This document shows, in pieces, positions 40,623-54,298 of a stretch of 64,000 bases of DNA. The notes under the pieces are model-generated. The model saw only the letters and a list, made by a program, of their open reading frames with translations. It was not told the origin of the DNA and made no database searches. The stretch spans positions 14,498,213 to 14,562,212 of the forward strand of contig OZ234493.1 in assembly GCA_965153455.1 (NCBI GenBank), written 5' to 3'. The stretch's first letter is position 1; each line of letters opens with the position of its first letter. Source of the stretch: Sphagnum compactum (Eukaryota). Both the position numbers and the translations under genes were made by a program.

Positions 40623-41204
40623 TCACCCTGGTTGGATTCTTTGAATATCTCGGTTGAACTTACTCTCTTTCCACCATTCTGGGTCACATGCATGAAAAGT
40701 CTGTCCATGCCTATGAAGAAATGGTTGTATAACTGGACGGTCTTGTGCACGGTGGTAGTTTGTCAACAAATTCTGAATGTCGTCTAGCACTTCACGGGCT
40801 TCAGCATGATATGAGTGCTTCAGACGACTGTTGCATCCAACTCCAGATGCATCTATCACATCAACCCTAGGGCCCGGTTCGTAAAGTGAGTTGAAAAGGC
40901 TGACCGTGTTTCCCAATCGTAAGTCCCAATTGATGTATCCTGATACAAAGAGGGGCCAATCACAAGCTGATGAATAAACCGAGATTATAGGGCTATGGAC
41001 TGAGATATTTTCAGGAAACACGTCTTGAAGCATTCTTTGAAATTTGTGGGGTGCTTCATCAGCTGCTGCCAACATAACATTTTTCAACACTCCCTTTCGA
41101 TGAACAAGTTCGTCGTAGTCCTCCCACCCAGGCCTTCTCAATGCTTTAATTAGGGCACGATTCCCCATGCTATGTGCCAAGATATGAACTTCGGAAAAGA
41201 GATC
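40623..41204 (-). CDS. DUF900-like hydrolase paralogue B, exon 3 (catalytic core)
   Basis: Acceptor CTACAG|GAT, phase 0. DLFSEVHILAHSMGNRAL (nucleophile elbow), NVMLAAAD, VYSSACDWPL, RLG, VDVIDASGV, HSYHAE..VLDDI. TGA stop at 40623. Confidence 0.92.
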   Translation of the reverse strand, partial: DLFSEVHILAHSMGNRALIKALRRPGWEDYDELVHRKGVLKNVMLAAADEAPHKFQRMLQDVFPENISVHSPIISVYSSACDWPLFVSGYINWDLRLGNTVSLFNSLYEPGPRVDVIDASGVGCNSRLKHSYHAEAREVLDDIQNLLTNYHRAQDRPVIQPFLHRHGQTFHACDPEWWKESKFNRDIQRIQPG

Positions 41205-41403
41205 CTGTAGTAGTTTAACAACAAAGAGTCAAGAGAATTTATACACGGCTTGGATGAGGTTTACATGGACTGTCAGTCCCATGTTGATAGAGGTAAGTGA
41301 CTTTAGGATAAATGTCCTAAACCTGTTAAAAGCTAGATCGAACATTGGATTCTTATTCTGAAATAAATAAAGTAACTGAACGAGGCCAGGCCGAAGCTCA
41401 TAC

Positions 41404-41616
41404 CTCCCTTAAAATGGTTGTGATGAATTTACGAAGCAACGGGGCAGTCCTCTTAATCACCGTTCCATCTCGTTTATAGAACAAAGGTTTCCCCCTCGTA
41501 GGCCAACTGTACAGAATTACAAGGCCTTCGAATTCCAGATCATTTTTTAGTTGTGCTGCACGCTTGAGAGCACTCTTATAGGATACAGTGTACCCATGAA
41601 TGTACAACAACACTTT
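41404..41616 (-). CDS. DUF900-like hydrolase paralogue B, exon 2
   Basis: Acceptor GGATGCAG|AAA and donor GAG|GTATGA, 213 nt, phase 0/0. KVLLYIHGYTV...RAAQLKNDLEFEGLVILYSWPTRG..Y.RD. Confidence 0.92.
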
Positions 41617-42099
41617 CTGCATCCAAAGCTCAAGTTGTATATCAGTTTTTTTCAAAAAGGTCTTGAGTTGAAAAACTACTCTTGCTTCCCTCAAAAACAT
41701 GTTTAACTTGAAGAAAACTATCTAAAAACAAGTTCAATCTTGAACAAAACAGATAGAAACCTACTTAACCTTGTGGTTTTCTCCAAGTTAATATACAGTA
41801 TTGATCAAATATTGACTGTGCTTTGTCAACCATACATCATGGCTATTCATCAATAGATCTTGCTGGTCCTCATGCATTCAAAGGCAATGATGAAAAAATA
41901 AATTCAAAGTACACGTTCTCAGTTTGAAATGGAGCTGCAGCCGGCTACCCTTCCCTTACCCTAGCTGACCCCTGTTTGTTTGAGGAAAATTGTCGAGCAA
42001 GTTCGGGCTTCGAGCACTTATGAACAATGTACAAAGAAGGATTAAAGCTATTTCATTTTGAAGTTTTGGATGGAGAAATTATTGCTTGTGAACTCTTAC

Positions 42100-42987
42100 T
42101 TTCTGAGGCCCACCGGTAGAAGACGCAACATCGTTTGCCGAATTACATTCCGCTCTGATTTGCTCCAAAAATTCGTCCCATTCCGACCATAGGCCACTTT
42201 TTCCCTCTAGCATGAAATGCTCGGAGGGGTTACCTTGCTGGGACTTGTCGGGAGACTCCACTTTCCCTCTCTCATGCACGCCAGGTATGCTCACTTCCTG
42301 GTAACCGTAGTGCAAAATACGTCCCAGCACCGATTTGAAACTGCAGTCATATACATGTCTATTAGTTGCATAAAAGACCTTTATCTTCTTTGCCCTCGGC
42401 ACGGACTGTGATTCTCCTCTTTCATTCACATCCTCATCCACCCCTCCAATTGCTCTCATGAGCATTGTAGTCAGCGTTTTGAACGTCTTCAAAACCTCTA
42501 GTCCCGCACTGGGCTGCACATTTGAGACAATGTCTTCCTCCTCACCCTCCTCATGGTTAGTTTTCTTTTCCTGCAAAAACTGTTCCCAGTCTTGGTTTTT
42601 TTCTGGCAGGCATTGTCTCAGCTTTTCCATTAGATGATCTTCAGCCCGCAGGTAGCTAAGCAAATGAGTATCAAATGCATCTGAAACTATTTGAATTCTC
42701 TCAAAAATCGAGCGGTCTCCACGATCCAGATGGACTTCCAATTGGTGCTCCAATACCTGCAGTGTCATATAGCTCATCTCATCATCATATCTACGAATCA
42801 TGTCAGAAATCTGTGTCCACTGCGTATTGTCGGCATCAGCCGCGGATCCGATTTTCACTTTGTTCAAGGTATCAATGGCACGGACACGATAACAAAATGT
42901 TACGTATGTGAAGTGCTTCCAATCAACCCAATCATCCCCACCCCCCTCAGCGCCAGTTCTGCGGAAACTGGAGAGCGTTGCACCCAT
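42100..42987 (-). CDS. DUF900-like hydrolase paralogue B, exon 1 (MGATLS start, one helical module, start of hydrolase)
   Basis: ATG at 42987, 888 nt, donor AAA|GTAAGA. Contains IKVFYATNR and LHYGYQEVSIPGVHERGKVESP. The three exons splice in frame to about 560 aa. Confidence 0.9.
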
Positions 42988-43636
42988 CTTGGTCCCCTAG
43001 GCTTAGGTTTGTGCAACTTCTTCTGCACAAGAGAGCCTTCCTTTGCGGCTAGAACCACCAACAACACCCACCCCCGCAAAGACAAACAAGCTTCCTCCCC
43101 GTGGAAAATGAGCTCTCTCTCTAAATATGTGTGTGAAGCTCCAGGGTGAGGTCATTCCCAAAAGAAGGGGCCTGGCTGGGACAAGGAGGTCATCACAGTC
43201 TGCCTGCATTTTGCAAGTGCCCCGCAGCTGAGAAAAACATGGACTCAAAACAAAACATATCTCGGCATGGCAAGGCAAAAAAATCAAGGGACAGAGGGCA
43301 GACGAGGGTAATAAATCGCAGCAGTACTTTTGGTACTGGCTGCATTTAACACCCTTGGTCGACTAAACATTTTCCGGATGGAACCCCCCCCCAAACCCCC
43401 CTCACAAGAAGTCCAAGGCAAATAGTAACATTAGAACACATGACACCAAAGAACATAACAGTCAGGACACCACTAATACATAATAAATAGAAGACCATAA
43501 ACTAAAAAGCCACCTCTGGCAGATTAATAAATAGAAGAGGGGAGACCCAGGTGAGGGCTTTACCCCATGGTAAAGTACAACGAGAAAAGGCTATCGTCAA
43601 CAAGGCAGAAAATTTGTAGTGTATCCAGAGGGTGCC

Positions 43637-45053
43637 AGTGTTGAATTAGTATCAGGGTACATCCATAGTATGTACATTGCTATGGATAAGGGTATGTCAG
43701 AACCTATTTGTTGGGTATGTCTTAAAATATATACTTAGATTGATTCTAGAACTTAGGATTTTTTTTGTTTGCACATACCTAGGTTGAAACATATCAATCA
43801 AAGTTTTGAAATGTTTGGTATTGTGTTGAGACCAATATTTAGGGTGAGAGATTGAGGTTGGGAGGCGTAGGTGTAATAGCAATTAGGGCATTTTTTTTAG
43901 CTTAAAAAAATCTTGGGGAAAGCAATTGATGGAGGTGGAACAAATTTGCAAGGTCAACATCAAAATGCAATGGGCTCCTTTAGGGTAAGCTTCAATTTTT
44001 TGTGGTTGGTTACAAGGCTAGTTGTAAGTTTGCAGCACCCTTTTTTTCTTTTTTTTTTTGTTTTTATGTAAATATGATCTCAAGATATGTCTATAGATGC
44101 TAAGGTAGAGGCAAATGGGCTCCATACAAGCCCACTTTGTCTTTTTTTCTCTTGAAGAATGAAAGTTGTGGGTGTTCAGTGTGGGTTCACTTTCTATTTT
44201 CTTCGCTTGAAGTGTGTTAAATCTTCTTTTGAGTTATGCAAAGGTGCTTGCTTACCAAATCTATCAAGGAAGACATCACATTCTTTGACTTTGAGAGAAA
44301 TATTTATGAAGAAGGGAGGATACAGGTGCCGCCATATTAAAATATTCTGAAGTCATTGCATATCACATATTAAAGCAACATGGAGCAACAACATCCCACA
44401 CATCCCAAAAACAAGGACTAATGGAAGCCCATGAAGATGTGCAAATTATAGAAAACAAGCAACATGGAGAGTGTTATGCCCTTATAGACAATGCAAAGTC
44501 TTGGGTGGTATATTATCATAGGAATAATTCGCTTTGGGCATTTTTTCGTTTAACTCATGTTAATGAAACAGTTGATGTACAAACAATACAAATGATGAGG
44601 TGCACTTTGTGTCACCCTACCCCTCTTTTCAATGTGTCCTCCTCGTGTTTTAGTAATAACACCCATAAGTGCAAAGGGTTATTATAGTATAACCCTATCC
44701 ACAGTAACACATCTATGAAAAAATATTTGCAAAATGACCACATCAAAAAATTCAACAAATACAAGGCAGAGGTGAAGGCCAAGGATGGAGGGGTTATAAA
44801 ATGTCAAAAATCCAAAAAACGAAAGGGTGTACCACCCTCGTCAATCACTGATTTTTTCAGTTGTGGCACAAGTTATTCCAAGAAAGATCATGTTCAATTC
44901 AAATTCATTAAACATCTAGTGCTCCATGTTTGTAAAGGGTATCAAAGCATATCAATTGTTGAGTCTTATTGGTTGAAGAGGTTGGTAATGCAAAAAGATC
45001 CAAAGGTTAAATTCCCTACCCGTAATCAATTTGTCAACGACATTGGCAAGTGA
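43637..45053 (+). mobile_element. hAT element 5' part with BED-finger transposase fragment
   Basis: Begins CAGTGTT (hAT-like end). MMRCTLCHP...SMKKYLQNDH (BED-like) and HLVLHVCKGYQSISIVESYWLKRLV...VKFPTRNQF (Ac/hAT N-terminal). In-frame stop; truncated. Confidence 0.7.
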
Positions 45054-45299
45054 GTAGGCGAGCGAGCAAGCATAAGTAAACAAACTTGCTCAAGTGAACA
45101 CAAAGGAATCTTAAAACATATTCCATGCCATGTCATGGAATATTTTTATTATATTTGTCTGCCACGTGGATATTATTAAATGACATGGCAAAATATTTAA
45201 CTAAATAATTGTTAAGCTCGTGGACACATGCATTAGAATCAACCCCAAATGAAAGCCACCAACAACAAATTACGACATAATGATTATTAGCATCCCCAA

Positions 45300-46650
45300 G
45301 GGATGTGGCATTCTTGTACTAATGGCAAAAAGCCTTGTGTTCATCTTGCAATTCAGGTATGATCAGTTGTTCAGTGTGCTTATCGAGTGATTGAATCCAA
45401 TCGAATAAATAGGTGTTCTCCTTGTCAACCAACTTGATAGAGGGGTCCCTCGAACCATAAACAATTTTGATCACGTTCCAATTGGCTTATGCGCTACTAG
45501 CCATGAATCCCTTAAAATTGGGTTTTGGAAACTCATGTTTCAGCATTGTTTCATTAAACTTTGTCCACATAAGTCATTGAGCTTTGCTGTCCTTAGATTA
45601 CATATCACAAACCATTATGGTCAACACTTTACAATAGAGAGGATCATACACATGACAAACCATAGTTGTCTGGCCAACAACACGTTTCACATGATCAAAC
45701 ATGATCCAAACGTTTTGCAAATCCCCTGCAAGTTGCATTCGTGTGACGAGGCTTACTCTAGTCCTAACACCATTTATCGACATCTTGAAAATAAACACCT
45801 TTTGTCCATGAACTTGTCCTGGGAAGCAACATTCTTGGATGTAATCATACTGACTTTTGGACTTCAATTCAAGGATGTTATCAATATAGCCACCTCTTGA
45901 ATGACGCTTGAAAACAACAACAAGGTTACGAATGTTGGAAAAGCTAGGTTCACAAAACTTATCTTGGATGTGCTCCAGTTACTCACCTTTGAGGAGCTCC
46001 ATTGTGCCATCGCTAGAATCATCAAACAAGTAACTCGCCAAGAAGGTCTTGCTAGCACTTAAGGAAATCAAAGAGATCTTTGCATCAAGCATGTGATCCA
46101 CCTCTTCTGTGATCAACCTTCTAGTTTCCTTGACAAACTCTCAACACTTTCCATCTGCAACATGATGGTTGTGAACACCAAAATGAATTGCCGCTTTTGA
46201 CATAGATTAGAATCTATGCACAACATAATAGATTTGCCAACTGTAATCCGTGACACAGAAAGGAAGAGCATGACAAAATTTGCATCTAAATGAGGAAGTG
46301 GACAAAATCATTGTCATTTGACCTAAGATTGGAATATGAGCACATTCACCGCACCAAGATGTTTCATTACGAGAAGTAGAGCACACAAAGTTCTCACAAT
46401 CATCCTACACACACCATAAGTGACCCAAGCAACAAGCCTTCCTGAAGCTAAGCCTCAACGAATTTTTTATATTAGTTGTGACCAACTTACACCAAGCAAG
46501 GCCATTGTATTTTTTGTCCATGCCTTGCATTTGGGAAAGGTTGTGAGCGATCGAAAGGATCGACAACAATTCAAACAAGACATGCCCATCAAAGCAATTG
46601 ACAAAAATTGGACTTTTCACAAAGGGATCTTGTCATAATCCAAAGTTTGC
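45300..46650 (-). pseudogene. MULE-type DDE transposase remnant (different family from 13270-14673)
   Basis: KACCLGHLWC (GCM-like N-terminus); WIMFDHVKRV...CHVYDPLYCKVLTIMVCDM; then degenerate KPNFKGFMA.SA.ANWNV..IVYGS.DP...DKENT.LF.W. Stops and frameshifts present. Confidence 0.65.
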
Positions 46651-49600
46651 AATTCGTTCAAGGTTTGTCCTAGCAGCACCATCACATGTAAGCACTTGAA
46701 ACAACATATTGAATACTCCCCACATGGGTGGATGGCTCTGATGACAAAAAGGCAACATACTAAAAAGTGTTTTTCGACAATTCCATTGACGAAGGAAGGG
46801 GTGTCAAGTCTTCACTCGAGGAGGAATCAAACAATTTAATGAAAACAAAAGATGCAAGAACATCAAAACTGTAAGGGAGAGTGTCATCAACTTTGAGTTT
46901 TTGCTTCATAGTGTTGACTACAGAACTTGTGGTTCTTGGCATAAAGATGGTTTCTTGATATTTATGAGCTAAGCTATCACCAACAATGCGATAATGGCCA
47001 CAGCCAACCACCCATTGTCTCCCTTGCAAAGAGGTCATAGGAATCTAGCATAAAGAACTTGAAGCAAAGTTATTCGAGTCATACGAGAGGTCCTTAGATA
47101 TATGTAAAGAACCTGGTTGAAATGTAAACATAATGCACAGACAATGTTTAAAGACAGTTGTTGTCCCTGAATCGTCTACTATGATGGTGAGGTCTGAACA
47201 TCCAGGAACATGAAATGTCACCATGTTACAAAGGACACACAAATAGTAATGAAGGAACTCAAAGGGATTTGAATTAGCAAGAGCAAAATCAAAACACCAG
47301 GGAAAATTTGTAGTGTTTGGAGGAAGAGGCGGAGGAATTGAAGAAATATAATGTAAGTAAAGAGTAGGACAAATATGAAATTAGACAAAACACAATAGCA
47401 ATGAAAACCACAAACAAAAAAGTCAAACAATGTAGTAACAAACGTTAGACTAAAATTGTAAAACTCATGTGCTTATAGCCAAAAATAATGTTTATTGATG
47501 GAATATGGTGCAGAGAATAAAATTTGGGACAGGGTTATCACTTTGAAAGCAATTTAAATGGAGACCCAACTTAAAAATTTTGCAAACTATAATCCATTAT
47601 GTCAATTACATAAATGTGGTGCAGGCTTGGAAATAAATGAAAAAGTGAGGGAAAATATAGACAGGCGTCAAAAAAAATTATGTTTCATTCAAGAAAAATT
47701 AGCTTTTGGAAAGACAAATGAACGAAAAAAGGGAATAAGCAAACACCAAATTTTTTTGACATATCAATGGTGGCAAGACATTAAAAGAACATGAATATTA
47801 AATTGGAATTGGCAATCATGTTAACATAAACAAGATTGTTGTCTATACAATGTGCATAAATCCAAAAAAAAATGTTGCAAAAAGAAAGGGTGGAAGAAGG
47901 CATAGAATGAAAGTGTAATAGCCTCATGCAAATAGGTGGAGGACAACAATTACATCCAAGGTCAGGAGAAGCACATTGGAACATGGCAATAAATGTCAGA
48001 TCAATGATAAAATATGCAGTCCATACTTTGTATTAGTCAAACCATGTGAAATACTTTTGTGACAAAATCTTAATAGGAAAAGCAAAAGCTAGAAGCAATA
48101 ATTATTAAACACAGTTGGAACATGTTGCAAAAAGGATTTAATTAGTGTTTGTAATATTAGATTCCATCAAGCATTAGGAATTATGAGAAGTATTTTCCAG
48201 AAAGCAAACTCCTCTATCTAAAGGAAGTGACATTCCCAAAAACTTTCATATCTCAACAAAAATCAACAGAATAATAAACATAAAAATTCATCATTATTCG
48301 TGTGAATGTTAGAATTAACTAAAATTTACATAAATTTCATGAAAAGGGAAAAAACATTGAAATTTGTAATGTCATTTCCAAGTTGGTGGAAAGGAAAAAG
48401 AATTTAAAAGAGGTTGGAGATATATATTATGGAATGGAACTTGTTACAGGGAAAGAATTGAAATATGTGCTTTTGAAAATGTATACTTTTTTTCACATAT
48501 ATTTATGCACCTTGAAGAAGTCCCTTGAATTTTGATATGCATGATTGGTGGCAGATTTTATTTGTAGTGAATAGGTTAAATTAGGTTAATAGCCATACAA
48601 AAAGTCTTTTGATTCAACCATAAATAACTAATAAACTCTAAACATGATGGCAATGTTGTGTCTCAAATATTGAAAATTTGATATAATCTATATTAGGAGG
48701 GAAATTAGAAACCTTTGGCCAATGTGTCCATGTGTATTAATATCCTAACGTGAGTTTTGTGGAAATCATATATTCACCCTCCAAGTGTACAAGATTCAAA
48801 ACAAAAGTGTTTCTTCATTAGCATCATTTTCTATTACACATAAAACAAAATTAAGTACAATAATGTAATGTCAGTGGCATTCATTATCATGATGGACAAT
48901 TATAGTTATAGTTCGTTTCAAAGTTATGATTCATAGAGATGGCGACAGGCAAGGTTGGTGAAATCCACTGTGCTAAAAAGAGAGATGTTGAAAAATGAAT
49001 TATGCCATAGAACTTTTGAAATTCATTAACTAAACATTGAAAATTATAAGAACACAAAATTAACATGATTAAAGAACCCTTCAAAAGTGGCTTTTATATG
49101 GTGATTCAACATATACAAATATCTGGAATAAAAATATATATGAAAATAATAGTTGTAATAGAGAGATGCAAATTCAATATATTTCAAAAAATGTTATTAA
49201 AAGAATAATATTTAATTTTGAATATTTGGTTCTATTTACCATTTATAACTATTAATAAAACCTTAGTTACATTTTTTAATTTTCCAATTAATATATATTT
49301 TTATTTGTATATTTATAAAGATGTGTGTTTGAGACTAAAAAAAAGATACTAAACATAATCTTGCAACAAATGTTAAGGTTTGTAAAAAGCAAATAATTAT
49401 TTTCTTTAGTTGATTGTTACGGTTCAAAATAGAAAAGCTATAATTTTAGATGCAAGAAGAGGGTGTTGCTCAAGAAAATTTGAGAACTCTAAAAAGAAGA
49501 AGATGAAATTAGAGTTTCCAAGGGACAAATCTTAAGTAGCAAATATAGAATATCAAGATGTCAGCCAAAAAAAAGCTACAACTAATGGAGGACATGTAGC

Positions 49601-50159
49601 ACAACCTCTTCTTCGCGAATGGCGATTAGGTTGAAGAGGCAAGAACAAATTTTTTGAAGTGTAGTGAATATGACCTAGTTTATGAAACGCAATTTGCTTG
49701 CTTTTAGTAGAAAAACCCATTGATCATTTGTCTTAGAGGTAAAGGAAAAGTGCAATTTGTTATCTGATTCACATTAGAACTTCCTAGAACAAGTGGAGTG
49801 GATCTGAGTTATGTCCACTTGGCCTTGCAGCAAAATGAATGAAAATATGTTTCTTGAGTTAAGAAAAGACGGAACTATGCTTGAAATCGCACTCCCAAGC
49901 TTGGTTTCTTGAAAAGGTGTGTTGGAAACCCTAATTTCTTGCTTGAAATTTTCACATATATATATTCAAAAAGTGTCTTTGTTCTTGTAGGAGGTGGGGG
50001 ACACACAAACAACACAACAGCTTGAGGTAAGCTTCCAAGCTCCTCCAATTTCATGTTTTCATTTTTCGCTTTCAAGCTTTTTGTTTTATGTTTTTTGCTT
50101 TGAGTTTTTAATTTTAAATTTTTTAGTTTTTTAGTTTGCATAGGAGCTTGGCCAAGGCA

Positions 50160-51125
50160 AGAAAATTTGCTTGAACCTTTCTTGAAGCTTTCAAATTCCA
50201 AGCATGGGAGTTTCAAGAAAGGTCGAGGTGAATTTGTTTACACACAACCTCCGACTTTCGACATCAAAAGTTGGAGGCCGAGCACAAAACGTTTTGTTTC
50301 AGCCCTTCTACGAACTTCCAAACTTGGAGCTTGGAGCTTGGAAGCTCCAAAACATGCTGACCTTAATCTTTTTACATTCGACCTCCAAGCTTGGAAGCTT
50401 GTAGAGGGGCCGAACATAAAAGAATTTGCGCTTGGCATGTTTAGGATGTCTTGAAGAGCGGAGAAGCGCAAAAACTTGCGCTTGGCCGCCAACTTTCAAC
50501 GTTGAAAATAGGAGGCCAAACACATTTTTTTTATGCTCAACCTTTCATGGATCCCTCGAACATCATGCTTGGGAGCTCCATGAAAGGCCATGCCAAATTT
50601 TGTTGTTCGACCTTTCATGGAACTCTTAAGCTTTATGTTCAAAGGCTCCATGAGAGGCCAAACACAAGATTTCTTTGCTTGGCCTCCAACTTTCGACGCC
50701 CAAAATTAGAGGTTGAGCAAAAAAATTTAAGCTTGACCTTGCATGGAGCTCCCGAGCTTCATGCTCGAAGGCTCCATAAAAGGTTGAGCAAAAAAATTTA
50801 AGTTCGACCTTACATGGAGCTCTTGAGCTTCATGCTCGAAGGCTCCATAAAAGGTTGAGCAAAAAAATTTAAGTTCGACCTTACATGGAGCTCTTGAGCT
50901 TCATGCTCGAAGGCTCCATAAAAGGCTGAACTTAAAATGTTTTATTCAACCTCCAACTTTTGGCGTCAGAAGTTGGAGGCTGAGCAAAAAAAATTTAACT
51001 CAACCTCTAGAGATCTCATGGAGCTCCTAAACTTCATGCTTGAGGGCTCCATAAGAGGCTGAATACAAAAGTTTTTTTCCAATTTTTGACACTAAAAGTT
51101 GGAGGCTGAGCAAAAAAACTTGCCT
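50160..51125. repeat. Tandem/inverted array with ~71-bp unit (ATGGAGCTC..GAGCTTCATGCTCGAAGGCTCCAT)
   Basis: Near-perfect 71-bp copies at 50781-50851 and 50852-50922, with degenerate copies around them in both orientations. Confidence 0.8.
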
Positions 51126-51716
51126 CAAGCTCTCCTAAAAACAAGAGTTCCCAACCTTGCAACTTTCAAATGCATAAAAATTTCCTCAAATTAGTTTCAT
51201 CAATGTAATTTTTATTTTTACTTAACCTTCTGTCCCTCATTTCTTTATTTTACAAAGCTTTATCGAGACCAAGAATCCATCTACAAAGGTATTTTTGACT
51301 CTTTCTTTTTCACATTCTATTTTCAAATTATGAATCTTACTTTTTCTCTCATTCAAATTCCTCCTACAAGTTCTTCCATCTTTGGAAAGTGTTGAGTTGA
51401 TTGAACAAATGTTCTTGGAAAAGAATTATAAGGAGATATTCTCACTCTTCACAATTCTTCATGATATTCATGTTTTATAATTTTTTTGTATTCTTCAAGT
51501 TAATTTTCTCCCCATGTGTTTGTAGATGCAGAGCTTTGACTCACAACAACGTGTAAGAGTGGATGTCCATGAATTTCAATTTGTGCTAGAAACCACCTCT
51601 ACACAAATACTTGCTATCCAATTTTTCTTTTGAAAGAATATTTACATCTTGTTCCTCTTTTATTTATTTATGAAGTCTTGAGGACTTCATAAGTCACTGG
51701 AAGCTTGAATTATGGG

Positions 51717-52633
51717 TGACGCACCTCCAAACTCCTAGATATATTCAATTGTAAATCGAAAGGTGAAAACAATGAAAGGAAAAGGAATTGGGGTACGCTC
51801 CCTAGCTTGCAACACTTCGAGGGCAGAGGAGCATGCTGGAGCTCCGAGAGGGGGATTAGGACGAGTGACAAACGGGTCAATTATTCACACAAACTAAACA
51901 AACCAAACAACAAGTTGGTTAATGCATAATTGGAGCACTTTTGATGCATAGACGAGTCACAGGCATACACAGACCCATAAAACTCACCACAGCCCGGACT
52001 TAGGGGAAGCCATCACCTTCCTTCTTATAGTATTCTCTGTGCCTGGCCATGAGGCTTGCACCCAAATGTCATTTTGTCCCGGACTCCCAAGTTGGGAGTC
52101 CCAAAATTCCCAAAATTGGGACTCTTGCAACTTTGGAGGCCCATAACTCTTTTTGCAGACCTCCGATTGAGATAAGGTCTAAAGCAAAGTTATAGCCCTC
52201 GTCAAGAACTTTCTAACGGTATGTGGCATGCAACCTGCACAGAAGTAAATCAGGGTGATTCCCGACTTTTAGTGGTCGGGAATCAAATTAACAACTTGAA
52301 TCCGGACCTTTTTTTTGGCCATAGCTTATGTTTCAAGTACCCAAATGGGTCATGCAAGCTCATTGTAGACATCTATGTCTCAAGAGATTTCCAAGGTATA
52401 AATAACTTTTCAATCCAATGAGTTTTGACCCTTGAAATCACTTTCTGAAAATTTGAGAGTCCATCGAGACTTCAATTCCCAAAAGGGGAGCCCAAGTTGG
52501 GAGTGTGTGGGTTCATTCCCTCACACTCTCCTACATTCCCGGTAACATGAAATGTGACTCATGGGCTTCACTTTCAACCCTCACCTTTACAAGCCTTTGC
52601 CTTGGTCGCGAGCCTAAGGCTAGGGTTGTGATA
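51717..52633 (-). mobile_element. Solo-LTR-like repeat, copy 4 (part of segmental duplicate of 6140-7541)
   Basis: Collinear with 6184-7101, including both flanks. Confidence 0.75.
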
Positions 52634-54298
52634 GTGAGAAACTCCATTTTTTTGTGAATTCGAACCCAAAGGTGGAATCCTCAAAAACGAAACTTGGCAA
52701 CAATAGACTAATGGTGAAAAGGCTTTGAAGTGGATAATCTACAGGTAACAAACAGATCTTTTTTGTAACCACCACATTTGTTTTTGTCTTCCTAACTAAT
52801 TCCGTACTTGGTTTCAATATCAACATTCCCCACATTAAATTCAACTTCCTTGTAAGAAGTATTTCTCCCATGTTCTCTTGACGAAGGAAGCCATTTGCAA
52901 CCTCCCTCCTTTTCTCAGGATGTGGTGCAATCCTAAAGCTGAAAGCACCATGTATAGAAAGGATCTCTAAAAGGAATGGTCAACTACCCATTTTACATTT
53001 TGCGGGTGGTACTTATATTGCCCAGTTGATAGTACCTTAGAGTCAAAATGTGGGTTAAAGGAGAAGTTTGAGGTGTATGTGTGTGGATGAAGCTATTTTC
53101 AACCCAAACTAAACATATGCTTCAATCTTGGAGGAGTAGCGGTTCATAACAATCACAAAGATTCATAAATTTTCTAGTTTAATGCGTTGACAATGAACCT
53201 ATATGTATGGATTATCACAACCAAAATCTAGAATATGTATAGTGTATGCAGCAACAAATCTTCATTTTGAACTATTGTACTAGTGTCTTTTGAATACAAA
53301 AGAAGTCATCTGCAATGTGCTTGATATGGAGAGGTATGCATGAAGCCAAAAAGGAGCATGCTTGGATCTTTGGAAATTAACTCCAACTATTAAAACCATT
53401 CAAAATTATTCAACATGCCTTGCCTGCTCCAATTTCAAAAGTGGAAGCCTACATCTACATAGTATATAAGAGTATTAGACGGTTATTAGTAACAAGAACA
53501 TGCCCGTGGCGGTTATCAGGGGCAGTTCTTACTACTTAAAAGCATAGTTTTCAAAGAACAAAGAGCCAATTTGATATGTAAGCATGGTTCACAAAACATT
53601 TGAAAAAATCAAATAACTGGCCCAAAAGCCCCTTGTTCTTTCCCAGTCTTTCATGGTACGAAAGCTCCCAAGTTTCCATTTCTTCATGGCCTGTTCAACA
53701 AAGGTTTTCTTTCACCCTGAACAGAGCACCCTTCTTGACAGAAATTTCTCTTCCCAGGGGCCGCTATTTTCCATTCCTACTAGAAAATTTGGAATGTTAG
53801 TCCTTTTAAACCACCTTTTAACACCCTAAGAGGAGAATTATGACACCATCCCAAATTCGAATATGTGTTCTGTATCTGCAATTGTGTTTAAAGTGAAAGA
53901 ATGTATTTTCTTAATTAGGAAAATACAAATAAAATTGCAAATAAAATTACAATGTAAGCTGGAAACTTGTTTGATAATGTTGAAAATTGCAAGTTACGAA
54001 ACGAAAAAATTGGTAGAAGTTGAACCCCTCACATTCATTTCCATTCTCACAATATGATTTAACACATTCACAAAAATTATTGAGAACAGAATTACAGCCC
54101 TTTAAGTTAAATTCACATTCAGGTTCCACTTTATTGCATTCACAACAAATCGGTAGGAATGAATGAACCTTTGAATGTTGCCTGGCTAGTACTTGTCAGC
54201 TTTCCATAATTGCTGGCAGCAGGCTCCTCCAGAATGGATGCAAGTTAGTTCCCGTGCACTAGAGCAGCCCTGACCGTTTCGGGCACACAACAAGAGTT

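Noticed and set aside
41617-41700. N-terminal extension MFLREARVVF... of the ORF-track call 41398..41700
   Set aside because: Lies upstream of the CAG acceptor, and its homologue in A is not open; it is intronic.
42217-43349. Several plus-strand ORFs overlapping paralogue B exon 1
   Set aside because: Antisense shadows of a GC-richer coding exon.
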